Assembly (NCBI GenBank): GCA_902565645.1
Contig: CACFFJ010000005.1
Location: 1-58,072, forward strand
DNA: 58,072 nucleotides
Origin: an uncultured Candidatus Actinomarina sp.
GTDB lineage: Bacteria; Actinomycetota; Acidimicrobiia; Actinomarinales; Actinomarinaceae
Reading direction: 5' to 3'
How positions within the stretch are numbered: position 1 is the stretch's first letter; every line of letters starts with the position of its first letter. A program made the translations under genes and the position numbers. A model generated the notes under the pieces. That model did no database searches, had not been told where the DNA came from, and worked only from the letters and a program-made list of their open reading frames with translations. Shown here piece after piece: positions 1 to 10,805 of this stretch.

Positions 1-62
1 TATAATATCAATAAATAATTAAAGGTAGAAATGAATTATTAATTAAACTACTCTATCTTTAT

Positions 63-683
63 ATGGAACTAATTGAAATAAAACACCCTTTAAAAGAACA
101 TTATCTATCAATATTAAGAGACAAAAACACAGATTTTGAAACTTTTAGAATTTGTGCATCAAAGTTATCTTATATTCTCGCAATAGAAGCAACAAAAAAG
201 ATCTCTCTAAATGAAAAAAATATTGAAACTCCTTTAACTGAAACTAAAGGTTTCAATATAGAAAATGATTCAGTAGCTGTCTCTGTTTTAAGGGCAGGTC
301 TTGGTCTTGTTGATGGTATACGAGAATTAATTCCAAATATTTCTTTTGGATATGTTGGAGTTCAAAGAAATGAAGAAACAGCTGAACCGGAAAATTATTA
401 TGAAAAATTACCTGTTCTCGAAAATAAAAATGTATTTATTCTTGAGCCTATGTTAGCTACAGGCGGTTCACTTTCTTTCGCAATAGATACTGTAAAGAAA
501 TACAATCCAAAAAATATTCAAGCCTTAACTGTTATTTCAGCACCAGAAGGTATAGATTTCATTAAAAAGAATCATGATGACATTACCTTGGTAACAGCTT
601 CTGTCGATGAAAAACTTAATGAGAATTGGTATATAGTTCCAGGTCTAGGTGACATGGGAGACAGACTCTTCGGCACAACATAA
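63..683 (+). CDS. upp: uracil phosphoribosyltransferase
   Basis: LRAGLG, EPMLATGGS PRPP-binding loop, YIVPGLGDMGDRLFGT C-terminus. Confidence 0.97.
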   Translation: MELIEIKHPLKEHYLSILRDKNTDFETFRICASKLSYILAIEATKKISLNEKNIETPLTETKGFNIENDSVAVSVLRAGLGLVDGIRELIPNISFGYVGVQRNEETAEPENYYEKLPVLENKNVFILEPMLATGGSLSFAIDTVKKYNPKNIQALTVISAPEGIDFIKKNHDDITLVTASVDEKLNENWYIVPGLGDMGDRLFGTT

Positions 684-694
684 TTTCAAATTAT

Positions 695-1858
695 ATGGGT
701 AAATGTTTACTAATAGTCATGGATTCGTTAGGAGTTGGAGCAGCTCCTGATGCACATTTGCATGGAGATGAAAAAGCCAATACTTTTTCTAATGTTTCAA
801 AAACAATTGGAATTCTTGATCTGCCTACATTCAATAAATTAGGTTTTGGAAAAATAACAGACATAAATGGATTAGATTCAGAAGAGTTTATTGCAACCGT
901 TGGAAAGTTAGCAGAAAAATCAAAAGGTAACGACTCAACAACTGGACATTGGGAAATAGCGGGTTTAATAAGTGAAAATGATTTTAATATTTACTTAGAT
1001 GGATTTCCTGATGAGTTAGTTAATAAGGTGTCTAATGAAACTGGTTATGAGTTTATTGGAAATTGCCATGCGTCAGGAACAGAAATAATAAATACACTCG
1101 GTAAAGAGCATCTTGATACGAAAAAATTAATTTTATACACTTCTGGAGATTCCGTATTCCAGATAGCTGCTCATAGCTCAATTGTTAATACAGATGAACT
1201 ATATGAAATATGTAAAAAAGCAAGAATAATTTGTAATGATTACAACATCGGAAGAGTTATTGCTAGACCATTTAAAGGAGAAATTGGAAGTTTTGAAAGA
1301 ACATACGATAGAAAAGATTTCGGAATGAAACCTCCAGGAGATACTATATTGAGTCATTTGAGTAAAAATAATTTTAAAACAATTGGGATTGGAAAAATAA
1401 GTGACTTGTTTGGAAATGAGTTTCTAGATAAAGATATCCATACAGAAGGTGATGAAGATGGTTTAAAACAACTAATTAATTCTTACTCTAGTGATAATTA
1501 TGATTTTTATTTTATAAATTTAGTAGATTTAGATATGCTTTATGGACATAGAGAAGATCCATATGGTTATTATGAAGGATTAAAAATAATTGATAAATTT
1601 CTTAAAGATTTGTTAGAAATTTTTAATGACGGAGATTTATTAATACTTACTGGAGACCATGGTACTGATCCTACAGATGGGAAAACAGATCACTCAAGAG
1701 AGTACGTTCCCCTTATTGCTTATAAAAATAACTTAATTGGAAACTCTATTGGTGAAAGAGATACTTTTGCAGATATTGCTTCATCAATTTGTGATTATTT
1801 TGATATTGAGAATATTTTTAATGGAAATAGTTTTATAAAAGATATTATCGAAAAATAG
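695..1858 (+). CDS. deoB: phosphopentomutase
   Basis: MDSLGVG, GNDSTTGHWEIAG, YTSGDSVFQIAAH, DMLYGHR, DHSREYVP motifs. Confidence 0.96.
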   Translation: MGKCLLIVMDSLGVGAAPDAHLHGDEKANTFSNVSKTIGILDLPTFNKLGFGKITDINGLDSEEFIATVGKLAEKSKGNDSTTGHWEIAGLISENDFNIYLDGFPDELVNKVSNETGYEFIGNCHASGTEIINTLGKEHLDTKKLILYTSGDSVFQIAAHSSIVNTDELYEICKKARIICNDYNIGRVIARPFKGEIGSFERTYDRKDFGMKPPGDTILSHLSKNNFKTIGIGKISDLFGNEFLDKDIHTEGDEDGLKQLINSYSSDNYDFYFINLVDLDMLYGHREDPYGYYEGLKIIDKFLKDLLEIFNDGDLLILTGDHGTDPTDGKTDHSREYVPLIAYKNNLIGNSIGERDTFADIASSICDYFDIENIFNGNSFIKDIIEK

Positions 1859-1872
1859 AGTACTCTTAAATT

Positions 1873-2698
1873 ATGTATAAAAAAAATAAAAGAAACATCT
1901 CAATATATAAAAGAAGCAACAAAGAACGAAACTATTAACTCTGCAATCATTCTAGGATCTGGAATGGGTGGTTTTGAAAATAGATTCGAAAGTAAGTATT
2001 CGATTGATTATGGAGATATACCAAATTTTATTAAACCCTCAGTTGAAGGTCATGCGGGAAATTTATCAATAGTTGAATTTGGGAATAAGCTGACAGCTAT
2101 TCTATCAGGAAGAGCTCATTACTATGAAGGTTACGATATTTCAGATATTGTTTTACCGACAAGAGCATTAATAGATCTTGGAATTAATACGTTAGTAATA
2201 ACAAATGCTGCAGGTGGTATATCTGAAAACTATGAACCAGGAGACATTGTAAATATTAAAGATCATATAAATTTAACTGGAAGCAATCCATTAATGGGTA
2301 AAAATATAGATGAATTAGGTCCAAGATTTCCTGATATGACAGATACATATAATAAAGAATTAAGGAAACTTGCAGAGAGTATTTCAAAAGATATTTTTAA
2401 ATACAAAGATGGTGTTTATGCTTGGTTTACAGGACCAACGTATGAAACTCCAGCAGAAGTAAGTTTTGCAAAAGCAATTGGTGCAGACCTTGTTGGGATG
2501 TCTACAGTACCTGAAGCTATAGTAGGAAATCATGCTGGAATTAATATTTCTGCATTTTCATTAGTTACAAATTTAGCTGCTGGAATTAGCAAAGAGCCTT
2601 TATCTCATGATGAAGTAATTGATATTGCTAATCAATCAAAAGATAAACTACAAAGTTTTATGGAACTATTTTTAACCGAAATTAATTTAACGAACTAA
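1873..2698 (+). CDS. punA: purine-nucleoside phosphorylase (trimeric type); apparent +1 frameshift in A8 run near the start
   Basis: GRAHYYEG, TNAAGG, GPTYETPAE, GMSTVPE. The conserved AIILGSG lies upstream of the 1964 ATG in the same frame; ATG 1873 joins it if the A8 run at 1879-1886 is A7. Confidence 0.9.
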
Positions 2699-2723
2699 AA
2701 AATTCTTATTAAAATAAATGCTT

Positions 2724-3473
2724 ATGAAAATAGCTGTTTGTGCAAAACAAATTCCAGATCCAGCAAATCCTATTGAGTACTCTGATGGACAAATAGTAAG
2801 GCCAGAAGAACAAGTATTAGACGACACAGATAGATATGGAATTGAAGTAGCCCTTCAATTAAAAGAAAAGTTTAATGCTGAGGTTACAGTTATTTCAATG
2901 ACCAAAGTTGGAACAGAGAAGGGAATCCAGCAAGCTTTACAAATGGGACCAGATAAAGCTTTAGTGCTAGAAGATGATTCTTTAAAAGGTGCTAGTTCGA
3001 TTATGACATCAAATGTTCTTAGCGAGTTAGCAAAAAAAGTAGATGCTGACATAATAATATTTGGTACAGAATCTACTGATGGTTATTCTGGTGTTGTTCC
3101 TCAACAAGTATCAAGAATTTTAAACCTACCCTGCATCTCTTATGTAAAAAATATAGAGATAGACGATAAAGTTACACTTACTAGACAAACAATTGAAGGA
3201 TCAGAGAAAATAAATCTACCTAGCAAATGTGTTATATCTGTTACAGCTAGTGGCGTTGAACCAAGGTACCCAAATTTTAAAGATATTATGGCTGCAAAAA
3301 ACAAACCGGTAGAAATTATTTCATTAAATGATATTCAATATACAGCTGAACAAAATATGGAATTTTTAGGTATTGAGGATGTATCTTCTACTAAAGAAGG
3401 AGAGAAAATTATAGATGAAGGTGAATCTCACAATATTATTATAGAAAAATTAAAAGAAATAAAAGCTTTATGA
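2724..3473 (+). CDS. etfB: electron transfer flavoprotein beta subunit
   Basis: MKIAVCAKQIPD, ALQMGPD, GTESTDG, EPRYP; second ATG chosen (2718 also possible). Confidence 0.93.
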   Translation: MKIAVCAKQIPDPANPIEYSDGQIVRPEEQVLDDTDRYGIEVALQLKEKFNAEVTVISMTKVGTEKGIQQALQMGPDKALVLEDDSLKGASSIMTSNVLSELAKKVDADIIIFGTESTDGYSGVVPQQVSRILNLPCISYVKNIEIDDKVTLTRQTIEGSEKINLPSKCVISVTASGVEPRYPNFKDIMAAKNKPVEIISLNDIQYTAEQNMEFLGIEDVSSTKEGEKIIDEGESHNIIIEKLKEIKAL

Positions 3474-4393
3474 AGACTTTAATAATCGGTGAAGTAACAA
3501 ATAATGAATTGAATTCAGGTACTTTAGAAATTATATCTAAAGTAAGGGAACTTAATTTAGAGTATGAAGTTGTTACAGTTGGTAGTTCTGATGTTTCTAA
3601 AATTGGATCAGATGAATTTACAAACACATATTTTAAAATGAATCCAAATAAATTAAATCTTTCATCTTGTGCGAATGAAATAAACAAGTTGATCGTTGAA
3701 AGTAATTATGAATTAATACTTTCTAATTCAACATATATCTGCAGAGATTTAATTGCGTTTCTTTCAGTTGATTTCAAAACAAGTCCAGTCTCAAATGTAA
3801 CTAATTTTAAAATATCAGATAATAATTTAACAGTAATGAACAACATAAATGGAGGTGAGAGTGAGTACAAAACTACTGTCAATTCTGATTATAAATTTTT
3901 ATTAATTAGACCAAAATCTTTCGAGCTTGAAGATATTGTATTAAATGAAAATTTTCAATCAAATAACATCAATGATGATGAAACTAGTTTGGATGTATTT
4001 GATGTTATTATTGAAGAAAAAACTGGGCCCCAATTAGAAGATTCAAAAATAGTAATTTCTGCAGGAAGAGGAATGGTTGAAAGTAGTAACTTATCATTAA
4101 TTGAAGAACTCGCAAATAAATTAAATGCTGCAATTGGTGGTACTAGAGCAATAGTTGATGCTGGTTGGATGCCATACTCTCAACAAGTAGGTCAAACTGG
4201 AAAAACTGTTAAACCAGATGTTTACATAGCTTGTGGTATTTCTGGAGCTACTCAACACCAAGTTGGAATGAAAGATTCAAAATATATTATTGCAATAAAT
4301 AAGGATGAAGAAGCACCAATATTTCAAATTTCTGATCTAGGAATTGTTGGTGATACCCTTACTGTAATTCCTAAACTTATTGATAATCTTTAA
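3470..4393 (+). CDS. etfA: electron transfer flavoprotein alpha subunit
   Basis: QVGQTGKTVKP, GISGATQH, IAINKD FAD-binding motifs; ATGA-type overlap with etfB. Confidence 0.95.
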   Translation: MKTLIIGEVTNNELNSGTLEIISKVRELNLEYEVVTVGSSDVSKIGSDEFTNTYFKMNPNKLNLSSCANEINKLIVESNYELILSNSTYICRDLIAFLSVDFKTSPVSNVTNFKISDNNLTVMNNINGGESEYKTTVNSDYKFLLIRPKSFELEDIVLNENFQSNNINDDETSLDVFDVIIEEKTGPQLEDSKIVISAGRGMVESSNLSLIEELANKLNAAIGGTRAIVDAGWMPYSQQVGQTGKTVKPDVYIACGISGATQHQVGMKDSKYIIAINKDEEAPIFQISDLGIVGDTLTVIPKLIDNL

Positions 4394-4783
4394 TTAAAAT
4401 TTAAAATCATAGGGCAAAATTTCATCAAACGTATATTTTTTGAATGTATCTTTTTGAACAACAATCACATAATCAGTGTTAAATTCAGATAACCTTTGTC
4501 TAGACAGTCCGCATGGAAATATTGCACTATCTGATTCAGCATCAATACAGGCAACTGCTATTGAATCTATTTTTGTTTCACCTTCAGAAATTGCTTTAAA
4601 AACAGCTACATCTTCTGCACAAATAGTTGCTGGATATGCTGCATTTTCAATATTACAGCCAGTATATATATTTCCTGATTCTGATATCAAAGCAGCACCG
4701 ACTCTAAATTTTGAGTAAGGGGCATAAGCTTTTTGAGCTATTTCTTTAGCTAAATCAGCAAGTTTATTATCGATATCTTCCAT
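4394..4783 (-). CDS. cdd: cytidine deaminase (tetrameric type), second Cys of PCxxC replaced by Ser
   Basis: AYAPYSKFRVGAAL, GCNIENA, ICAE, PCGLSRQ. Confidence 0.88.
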   Translation of the reverse strand: MEDIDNKLADLAKEIAQKAYAPYSKFRVGAALISESGNIYTGCNIENAAYPATICAEDVAVFKAISEGETKIDSIAVACIDAESDSAIFPCGLSRQRLSEFNTDYVIVVQKDTFKKYTFDEILPYDFKF

Positions 4784-7436
4784 TTAATTCCCTTTTTTTA
4801 TTACAAGAGATTCAAAGTCTTCTTTAGTTTTAATAAATACTCTTGAACCTGAACCTGGTTCCATTGTTACACCATAAAGAACATCTCCAGCATGCATAGT
4901 TTGTTGCTGATGTGTAACAATTAAAAACTGAGCATCATCTTTTAAATAATTTAACAAATTTATCATTCTATGTAAATTTGCATCATCTAATGCAGCTTCA
5001 ACTTCATCCAAAATATAAAATGGACTTGGAAAAGATTTGAAAATAGCAAATAGAAATGCAATGGCAGCCAAAGATCTTTCACCACCAGAAAGTAAACTTA
5101 GTTTTTTAACTTTTTTTCCATGAGGTTGAGCAGAAATTTCGATACCTGTTTCAAGTAAATTTTCTTTATCGGTTAATTCTAATTTTCCATTACCTCCTGG
5201 AAATAATTTCTCAAATATTTCTGCAAAGTTCACTGAAATTGAATTAAATGAAGAATCAATTCTAAATTTAATTTCATTTTCAATTTCATCAATATGTAAC
5301 TTTAATTCTTTTTTTGATTCATTTAAATCAGCAATTGATTTATTTATTTCTTCATACCTATTATTTAAATTTTCATAATCTTCTTTAGCTAAATAATTCA
5401 CAACACCTATAGACTCAATCAATTTTTCAGATTTATCAATATCTTTAATTATCTGCTCTTCTGTTATTTCTTCAGTGTATAACTCATCTATTTCCTCAAT
5501 TGATAAGCCGTGAATATTTGTAAGATTTGAATAATAAGTAGATACTTCCTTAGAATATTCTGAATCTTTTATCAATAAATTACTTTTTTTATCTTTCAAT
5601 ACATGCAATTTATCTATAGATTGATCTATCTCTTCTTCAATAAGATTAATTTTTTTCGTTACTAGAACCATATTTATTGTCGAAATATTCAGATTGTTTA
5701 CTTAAGACGATAGATGTATCCTTTAATATTTTAAATAACTCTGTTCCTTTTATTGATATCTCGTTTAATTCATCTATTTGGTTATTAAAATCTAGTAACG
5801 ACTTTTCCTTAATTAAATCACCTATTTCTAAATTTTCTTTATTTAAATATTTTATTTTTTCAGTTAATGAAATAACTTGATTAGTCAAAATAGATATTTC
5901 ATTCTCTATTAAATTTATGTTTTTATCTAATTTATTTCTTTGTAATTTTAATTCTTCCTTAAATTCATCTTGATTATTTATTGAATTTAATTGATTTTTT
6001 TTAGTATTTAGTAACAATTCTTTTGAATGTATTTTTTTATCTATCTCTTTATTGCCTTCAGTTAATGTTGAAACTTCCCTCTCGAAGATTGAAAATACTT
6101 TTTCCTTTATTAATATGAATTCCTCTTGTTCAATATTTAGTTCAGTTAATTTATTGTGATGACTGTTTATATAGTTACTAGAAATTCTTTTATCTTCTGT
6201 CCACAAATTTAATTTTTGATTATTAATTTTCAAAGTTTGTTCTGTTTCATTTAAAAATTCTTTTAGATACTTTATTTCATTATTAATTACTGCTTCATTT
6301 ATTTCCATATTTGATGATTGCTTTTGTGTAATATCTAATAACTCTCTATTTAAATTTTCTAAATATATTGTTTTTTCTTTAACTTCATTTTTCTTTGAAA
6401 TTAGTTGACTAGACATTGAAGAAATTGAATTTGTATTATCTAATATCTTTTTTTTGTTAACAGAAATTTCATTTTTAACTTTAATATTCGACCTTTCAAT
6501 ATTATCAAGTCTTTCATTTGCTATCTGAACTATATTTTTAATTTTTTCTGCATTATTTAAAACTTTATTTGAAATATCCTTAAATACTGAACCAAGTGAT
6601 ATGCTTTCACCCAAATTATTATTTAATTTTCTTTTAGAATTTTTCTGATCATCAATATAATTTGTAATCTCTTCTAGTTCATTTTTAATTTTGTTTAAGT
6701 CATTACTTAATGTTTTATTTTTATTTTTAAATTCATGATATTTAAATATATTAAGTTGAATTTTTAAATTTTTTAATTCCTTTACTGCTTTTTCATGTTC
6801 TATGGCTTGTTCAGCTTGTTTTTTAAGTGGATCTAATTGTTTTTTTATTTCTCTTAAAACGTCTTTGGCTCTTTTTATTTCTTTTTCTCCAGATTCAATC
6901 CTTTTTAAAGCTTTATCTTTTTTTGATTTAAATGGAAGAATTCCTGCAGCTTCTTCAATTGTTATGCGATGATCTTCTGGTTTAGAATTTAAAATTTCAG
7001 CAATTTGTCCTTGTGAAATTATAGTGTGTTGCTGTTTTCCTATACCTACATCACCCAAAAATTCTTGTACATCGAGAAGTCGGCAATTCAATCCATTCAT
7101 AAAATAATCTGATTGTCCATCTCTATATAATTTTCTACCAATAGAGATCTCATTTGTTCCATTAAATTTTTCAGGATTTACTTCAAAATTTAAATTTACT
7201 TCAGCGTATCCTTTTTGTGTTAATTTATCTGTCCCTGCAAAAATAACATCTTCCATTTTGTTTGTTCTGAGTGTTGCTGGACTTTGTGTTCCTAAAACCC
7301 AAGAAATTGCATCAACAACATTTGATTTACCTGAACCATTTGGGCCAACAACAACATTTACTTTATTTGATAATTGAATCGATGTATTTTCTGAAAATGA
7401 CTTAAAGCCATTAATATTAACTGATTTTAAATGCAT
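4784..7436 (-). CDS. smc: chromosome segregation SMC protein, split by a +1 frameshift at A7 run (~5650-5656); about 883 aa when joined
   Basis: N-terminal GFKSF, Walker A GPNGSGKSN, SQGQI; C-terminal LSGGE, Walker B LDEVEAALD, IVTH; the two ORFs overlap across a homopolymer. Confidence 0.9.
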
Positions 7437-7500
7437 ATTTACCCTGTTGTTAATATAAGAATACTAAAAATATAGAGAAATGCTTAGCTTTTAAAACTTT

Positions 7501-8433
7501 TTATTTAATTTTAAAATTATAAACCTTAGTATTTTGGAGATTTTTTGAATAATTATTATTTAGTAATTCATAAGGTTTCTCTGTGATAAAACCTAATTCA
7601 TTTAAAACTTTTGTTGCTACTAAATCAACAGCTCGAAAATTTCCATCTAAACATTTGAAAACAAAAGTTTCATCATTATTAGTTACAAATAATACACCTT
7701 CTGCACCTGACTTAGCTAACAATGGTGACTTTGAGTTAAGCATTATATTTGTATCTGTTCTATTTTCGCCACCTACTAAATTAGGGAAACTATTATATGA
7801 TTCAAAAACAGATAACCAATAATCTTTATATTCTGATTTATTAATATTTTCAACACCATTTATAAAAATAGAAGAGTCGATAAAAAGAGCTGGTAATCCA
7901 CAACCATCTATTGCAAATTCTAATTTAGGTAATTCAAATATTTCCATAAAAAACTTATTAATTTGTTCTTGTACAATATGATTATTTTCTTGATAGTTTT
8001 TATTATCAACTTTAAGTAATTTTGAAAAAAGAAGCATAGAGATATGTTTCCCGGAACAATTATTATTTAATTTAGTAAATGTTTTTTTATTTTCTAAATA
8101 TCTATCAGCAGTATTAATATGCATTGGTCTTTGTGGAGCACAATATATTTCTTCCCATCTAATCCCATATTTATTACAAATGTTTTGTAATAAGTCTGTA
8201 TGAATGTTCTGACCAGAATGTGATGAGCCAAATATAGCTATTTCTTCTTTGGTCAGGTAGGTATTACTTTCATTAGCCAATTTTATTAAGGGTATTATTT
8301 GAAATGGCTTTATTGCGGATCTTGGAAAAAATTTTTGTCCTTCGCTTTTATTTGTTGTCATTTCAACTTGATGAGTTGACTCAATATGCCCATTTCTAAG
8401 TAGCTCGATAATAAATGTTTTTATTTTACTCAT
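7501..8433 (-). CDS. class 3 (Rhizobium etli AnsA-type) L-asparaginase family protein
   Basis: PRSAIKPFQ, SHSG, NNCSGKH, DGCGLP, AKSGAEG; start chosen at ATG 8433 overlapping the rnc stop. Confidence 0.85.
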   Translation of the reverse strand: MSKIKTFIIELLRNGHIESTHQVEMTTNKSEGQKFFPRSAIKPFQIIPLIKLANESNTYLTKEEIAIFGSSHSGQNIHTDLLQNICNKYGIRWEEIYCAPQRPMHINTADRYLENKKTFTKLNNNCSGKHISMLLFSKLLKVDNKNYQENNHIVQEQINKFFMEIFELPKLEFAIDGCGLPALFIDSSIFINGVENINKSEYKDYWLSVFESYNSFPNLVGGENRTDTNIMLNSKSPLLAKSGAEGVLFVTNNDETFVFKCLDGNFRAVDLVATKVLNELGFITEKPYELLNNNYSKNLQNTKVYNFKIK

Positions 8434-9118
8434 CCTTATTAGCAAGAACATCTAAAGCATTTTTTGCTGCCATTTGTTCAGCACTTTTTTTTGATTTTCC
8501 TTCACCTTGTCCAATAACTTTATCATTCAATAATACATTCGAAGTAAATAGTTTTGAATGATCAGGACCGGTAGAAGAATCTTCATAGCTAACCTTTTTC
8601 CCTATTTTTGCATAATATTCTTGAAGCCTTGTTTTATAATCTTTTTGTCCAGGATTTTCTGACAATTTTTTTATATTTGGATAAATATATTTTTTTACAA
8701 ATTTATTTACTTCAATAATTCCACCATCAAAATAAATAGCTGCAATTAAAGCTTCTACAGCATCCTCCAGGATTGATTTTTTCTCCCTTCCTCCACTAGC
8801 ATCTTCTGCCTTACTTAAATATAAATATTTTCCTATTTCAATTTCGTTTCCTATTTTGACTAATGAATTTTGGTCAACAGCACTCGATCTAATCTTTGTT
8901 AAGTTGCCTTCATCTAAATTTGGAAAATTTTCAAATAAATACAATGTTAAATCAAAATCTAAAATTGTATCACCTAGAAACTCATATCTTTGATTTGATA
9001 AATATTCATTATGCTCATCTAAATATGATTTATGAGTTAATGCTATTTTTAAATATTTTCTATCTTTAAATTTATACTCAATAGTATTTTCTAATTCACT
9101 TAATTCATTTTTTGTCAT
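8426..9118 (-). CDS. rnc: ribonuclease III
   Basis: ALTHKS, NQRYEFLGD signature, EDAVEALIAAIY, dsRBD DYKTRLQE...AEQMAA. Confidence 0.96.
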   Translation of the reverse strand: MTKNELSELENTIEYKFKDRKYLKIALTHKSYLDEHNEYLSNQRYEFLGDTILDFDLTLYLFENFPNLDEGNLTKIRSSAVDQNSLVKIGNEIEIGKYLYLSKAEDASGGREKKSILEDAVEALIAAIYFDGGIIEVNKFVKKYIYPNIKKLSENPGQKDYKTRLQEYYAKIGKKVSYEDSSTGPDHSKLFTSNVLLNDKVIGQGEGKSKKSAEQMAAKNALDVLANKDE

Positions 9119-10086
9119 AATTCTGAAATAGCATTTGAAAATTTATTTATAAAGCCTCTCTCAATTGCCTTATTGGTGTGTAGTATTGAATTTTTTACTG
9201 CTTCTGCTGATGATGAGCCATGACCAATTGTAACTACACCATTAACACCTAGAAGGTAGGAACAGTTAATTTTATCTGGATTAAGTTTATCTTTTACTGG
9301 TTTCAAAGCATTCTTTACTGGTATTAATAACGGTTTAAAAAGTTTATCTTGTAAAGTTTGAGATATTAAAGTCTGTTGTAATTTTGCTGTACCCTCCATT
9401 GTCTTCAATACAACATTTCCAGTAAACCCGTCTGTAACAAAAACATCCGCTTTGGAGTTAGCAAGATCTCTTCCTTCAACATTTCCAATAAAATTTAAAT
9501 TTGATGATTTCAATAAATTATATGCAGAAATTTCTAAGTCTCTTCCTTTATTTTCCTCTTCACCAATATTTAGTAAACCTACTTTTGGACTTTCAATTTC
9601 AAATAATATTTCAGCAAATTTAGAACCCATTGCAGCAAAATATAACAATGTTTTTGGTTTAACGTCTACATTAGCTCCTGAATCAAGAAAAACTATATCC
9701 CGTTCTAATCCGGGTAGTACAGAGGCAATCGTTGGTCTAATATCTCGTTTTAGTTTACCTAATACGCTAATTGCTCCAACTAACGTTGCCCCAGTAGATC
9801 CAGCTGAAAATACTCCTTGAGCTTTATTTTCATTTAACATATTTAAAGCTCCTACAATTGATGCTTTTGGTTTTCTTCTAATGGCTTTAGATGGACTATC
9901 TTCCATTGATATAACTTCTGGATAATCAACAACTGGAATTTTATTTCCTTCTAAATATGGTTCTATTAAGTCTTTGTCACCAGATAAAATAACATCAATT
10001 CCTAAATTTTTTGCAAGAATTGCTCCTTTAACGATCTCTTCGGGAGCAAAATCTCCTCCCATTGCATCTATTGCAATTGTATTCAT
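9115..10086 (-). CDS. plsX: phosphate acyltransferase PlsX
   Basis: IAIDAMGGDFAP, DSGANVD, GLLNIGEE, TDGFTGNVVLKTMEG. Confidence 0.97.
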   Translation of the reverse strand: MNTIAIDAMGGDFAPEEIVKGAILAKNLGIDVILSGDKDLIEPYLEGNKIPVVDYPEVISMEDSPSKAIRRKPKASIVGALNMLNENKAQGVFSAGSTGATLVGAISVLGKLKRDIRPTIASVLPGLERDIVFLDSGANVDVKPKTLLYFAAMGSKFAEILFEIESPKVGLLNIGEEENKGRDLEISAYNLLKSSNLNFIGNVEGRDLANSKADVFVTDGFTGNVVLKTMEGTAKLQQTLISQTLQDKLFKPLLIPVKNALKPVKDKLNPDKINCSYLLGVNGVVTIGHGSSSAEAVKNSILHTNKAIERGFINKFSNAISEL

Positions 10087-10096
10087 AATTAATTAA

Positions 10097-10279
10097 TTAT
10101 TCGTTATTTGGTTCTTTTACTTGACGTCCGTTATAAGTCCCGTCAACTGGATTTACTCGATGTGATTGTTTCGCTACACCTGTTTCTGGATCAATTACAA
10201 AATGAGGTTTAGAAATTTTATGCATTGCCTTTCTTCTTTTTGTTCTAGATTTAGACATCTTTTTTTTAGGTACTGCCAT
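10097..10279 (-). CDS. rpmF: 50S ribosomal protein L32 (Cys-free form)
   Basis: MAVPKKKMSKSRTKRR; position between DUF177 and plsX. Confidence 0.96.
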   Translation of the reverse strand: MAVPKKKMSKSRTKRRKAMHKISKPHFVIDPETGVAKQSHRVNPVDGTYNGRQVKEPNNE

Positions 10280-10299
10280 TATTATTATTTCCTTTCAAC

Positions 10300-10800
10300 T
10301 TACAAATCTAGCTCACTTAGAGAAGAAAATGGACTTTCTTTTATGTTTTTTTCTTGATGATTACAAGTATAATCATTTTGATTCTTTCCACACAACGAAC
10401 ATAAGCCTTTACAGTCTTTCTTACACAAGTATGTAAAGTTCATCTTTTTAATTATGATTTCTGAAATAATTGGTAATAAGTCAATGTTTTCTGAATAAAA
10501 GTCTATTTCATAATCACTTAGTGAATGAAAACTTAATTTTTTATTAAATTTAGCTTTTTTATTAATTTGTTCAATATTTAAACATCTTGAGCATTCAGAA
10601 TCAAAAATAAATTGAACATTTATATCAAAATGAATATAATCATTTTCCTTGATTAATTCTGTTTTTAAGATTGTTCTATGACTTTCACTAGTTTTATTAC
10701 CAGAAAAAATTATATTAATGTATCCTTCTGATTCGTGTTTCAAACTATTATTTGAATGTTTTAATTTATTAATATTTACAACAGTAGATAGCTGTTCCAT
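10300..10800 (-). CDS. DUF177/YceD family protein
   Basis: CSRCL, LCKKDCKGLCSLCG, SPFSSL; upstream of rpmF. Confidence 0.88.
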   Translation of the reverse strand: MEQLSTVVNINKLKHSNNSLKHESEGYINIIFSGNKTSESHRTILKTELIKENDYIHFDINVQFIFDSECSRCLNIEQINKKAKFNKKLSFHSLSDYEIDFYSENIDLLPIISEIIIKKMNFTYLCKKDCKGLCSLCGKNQNDYTCNHQEKNIKESPFSSLSELDL

Positions 10801-10805
10801 AAAAG

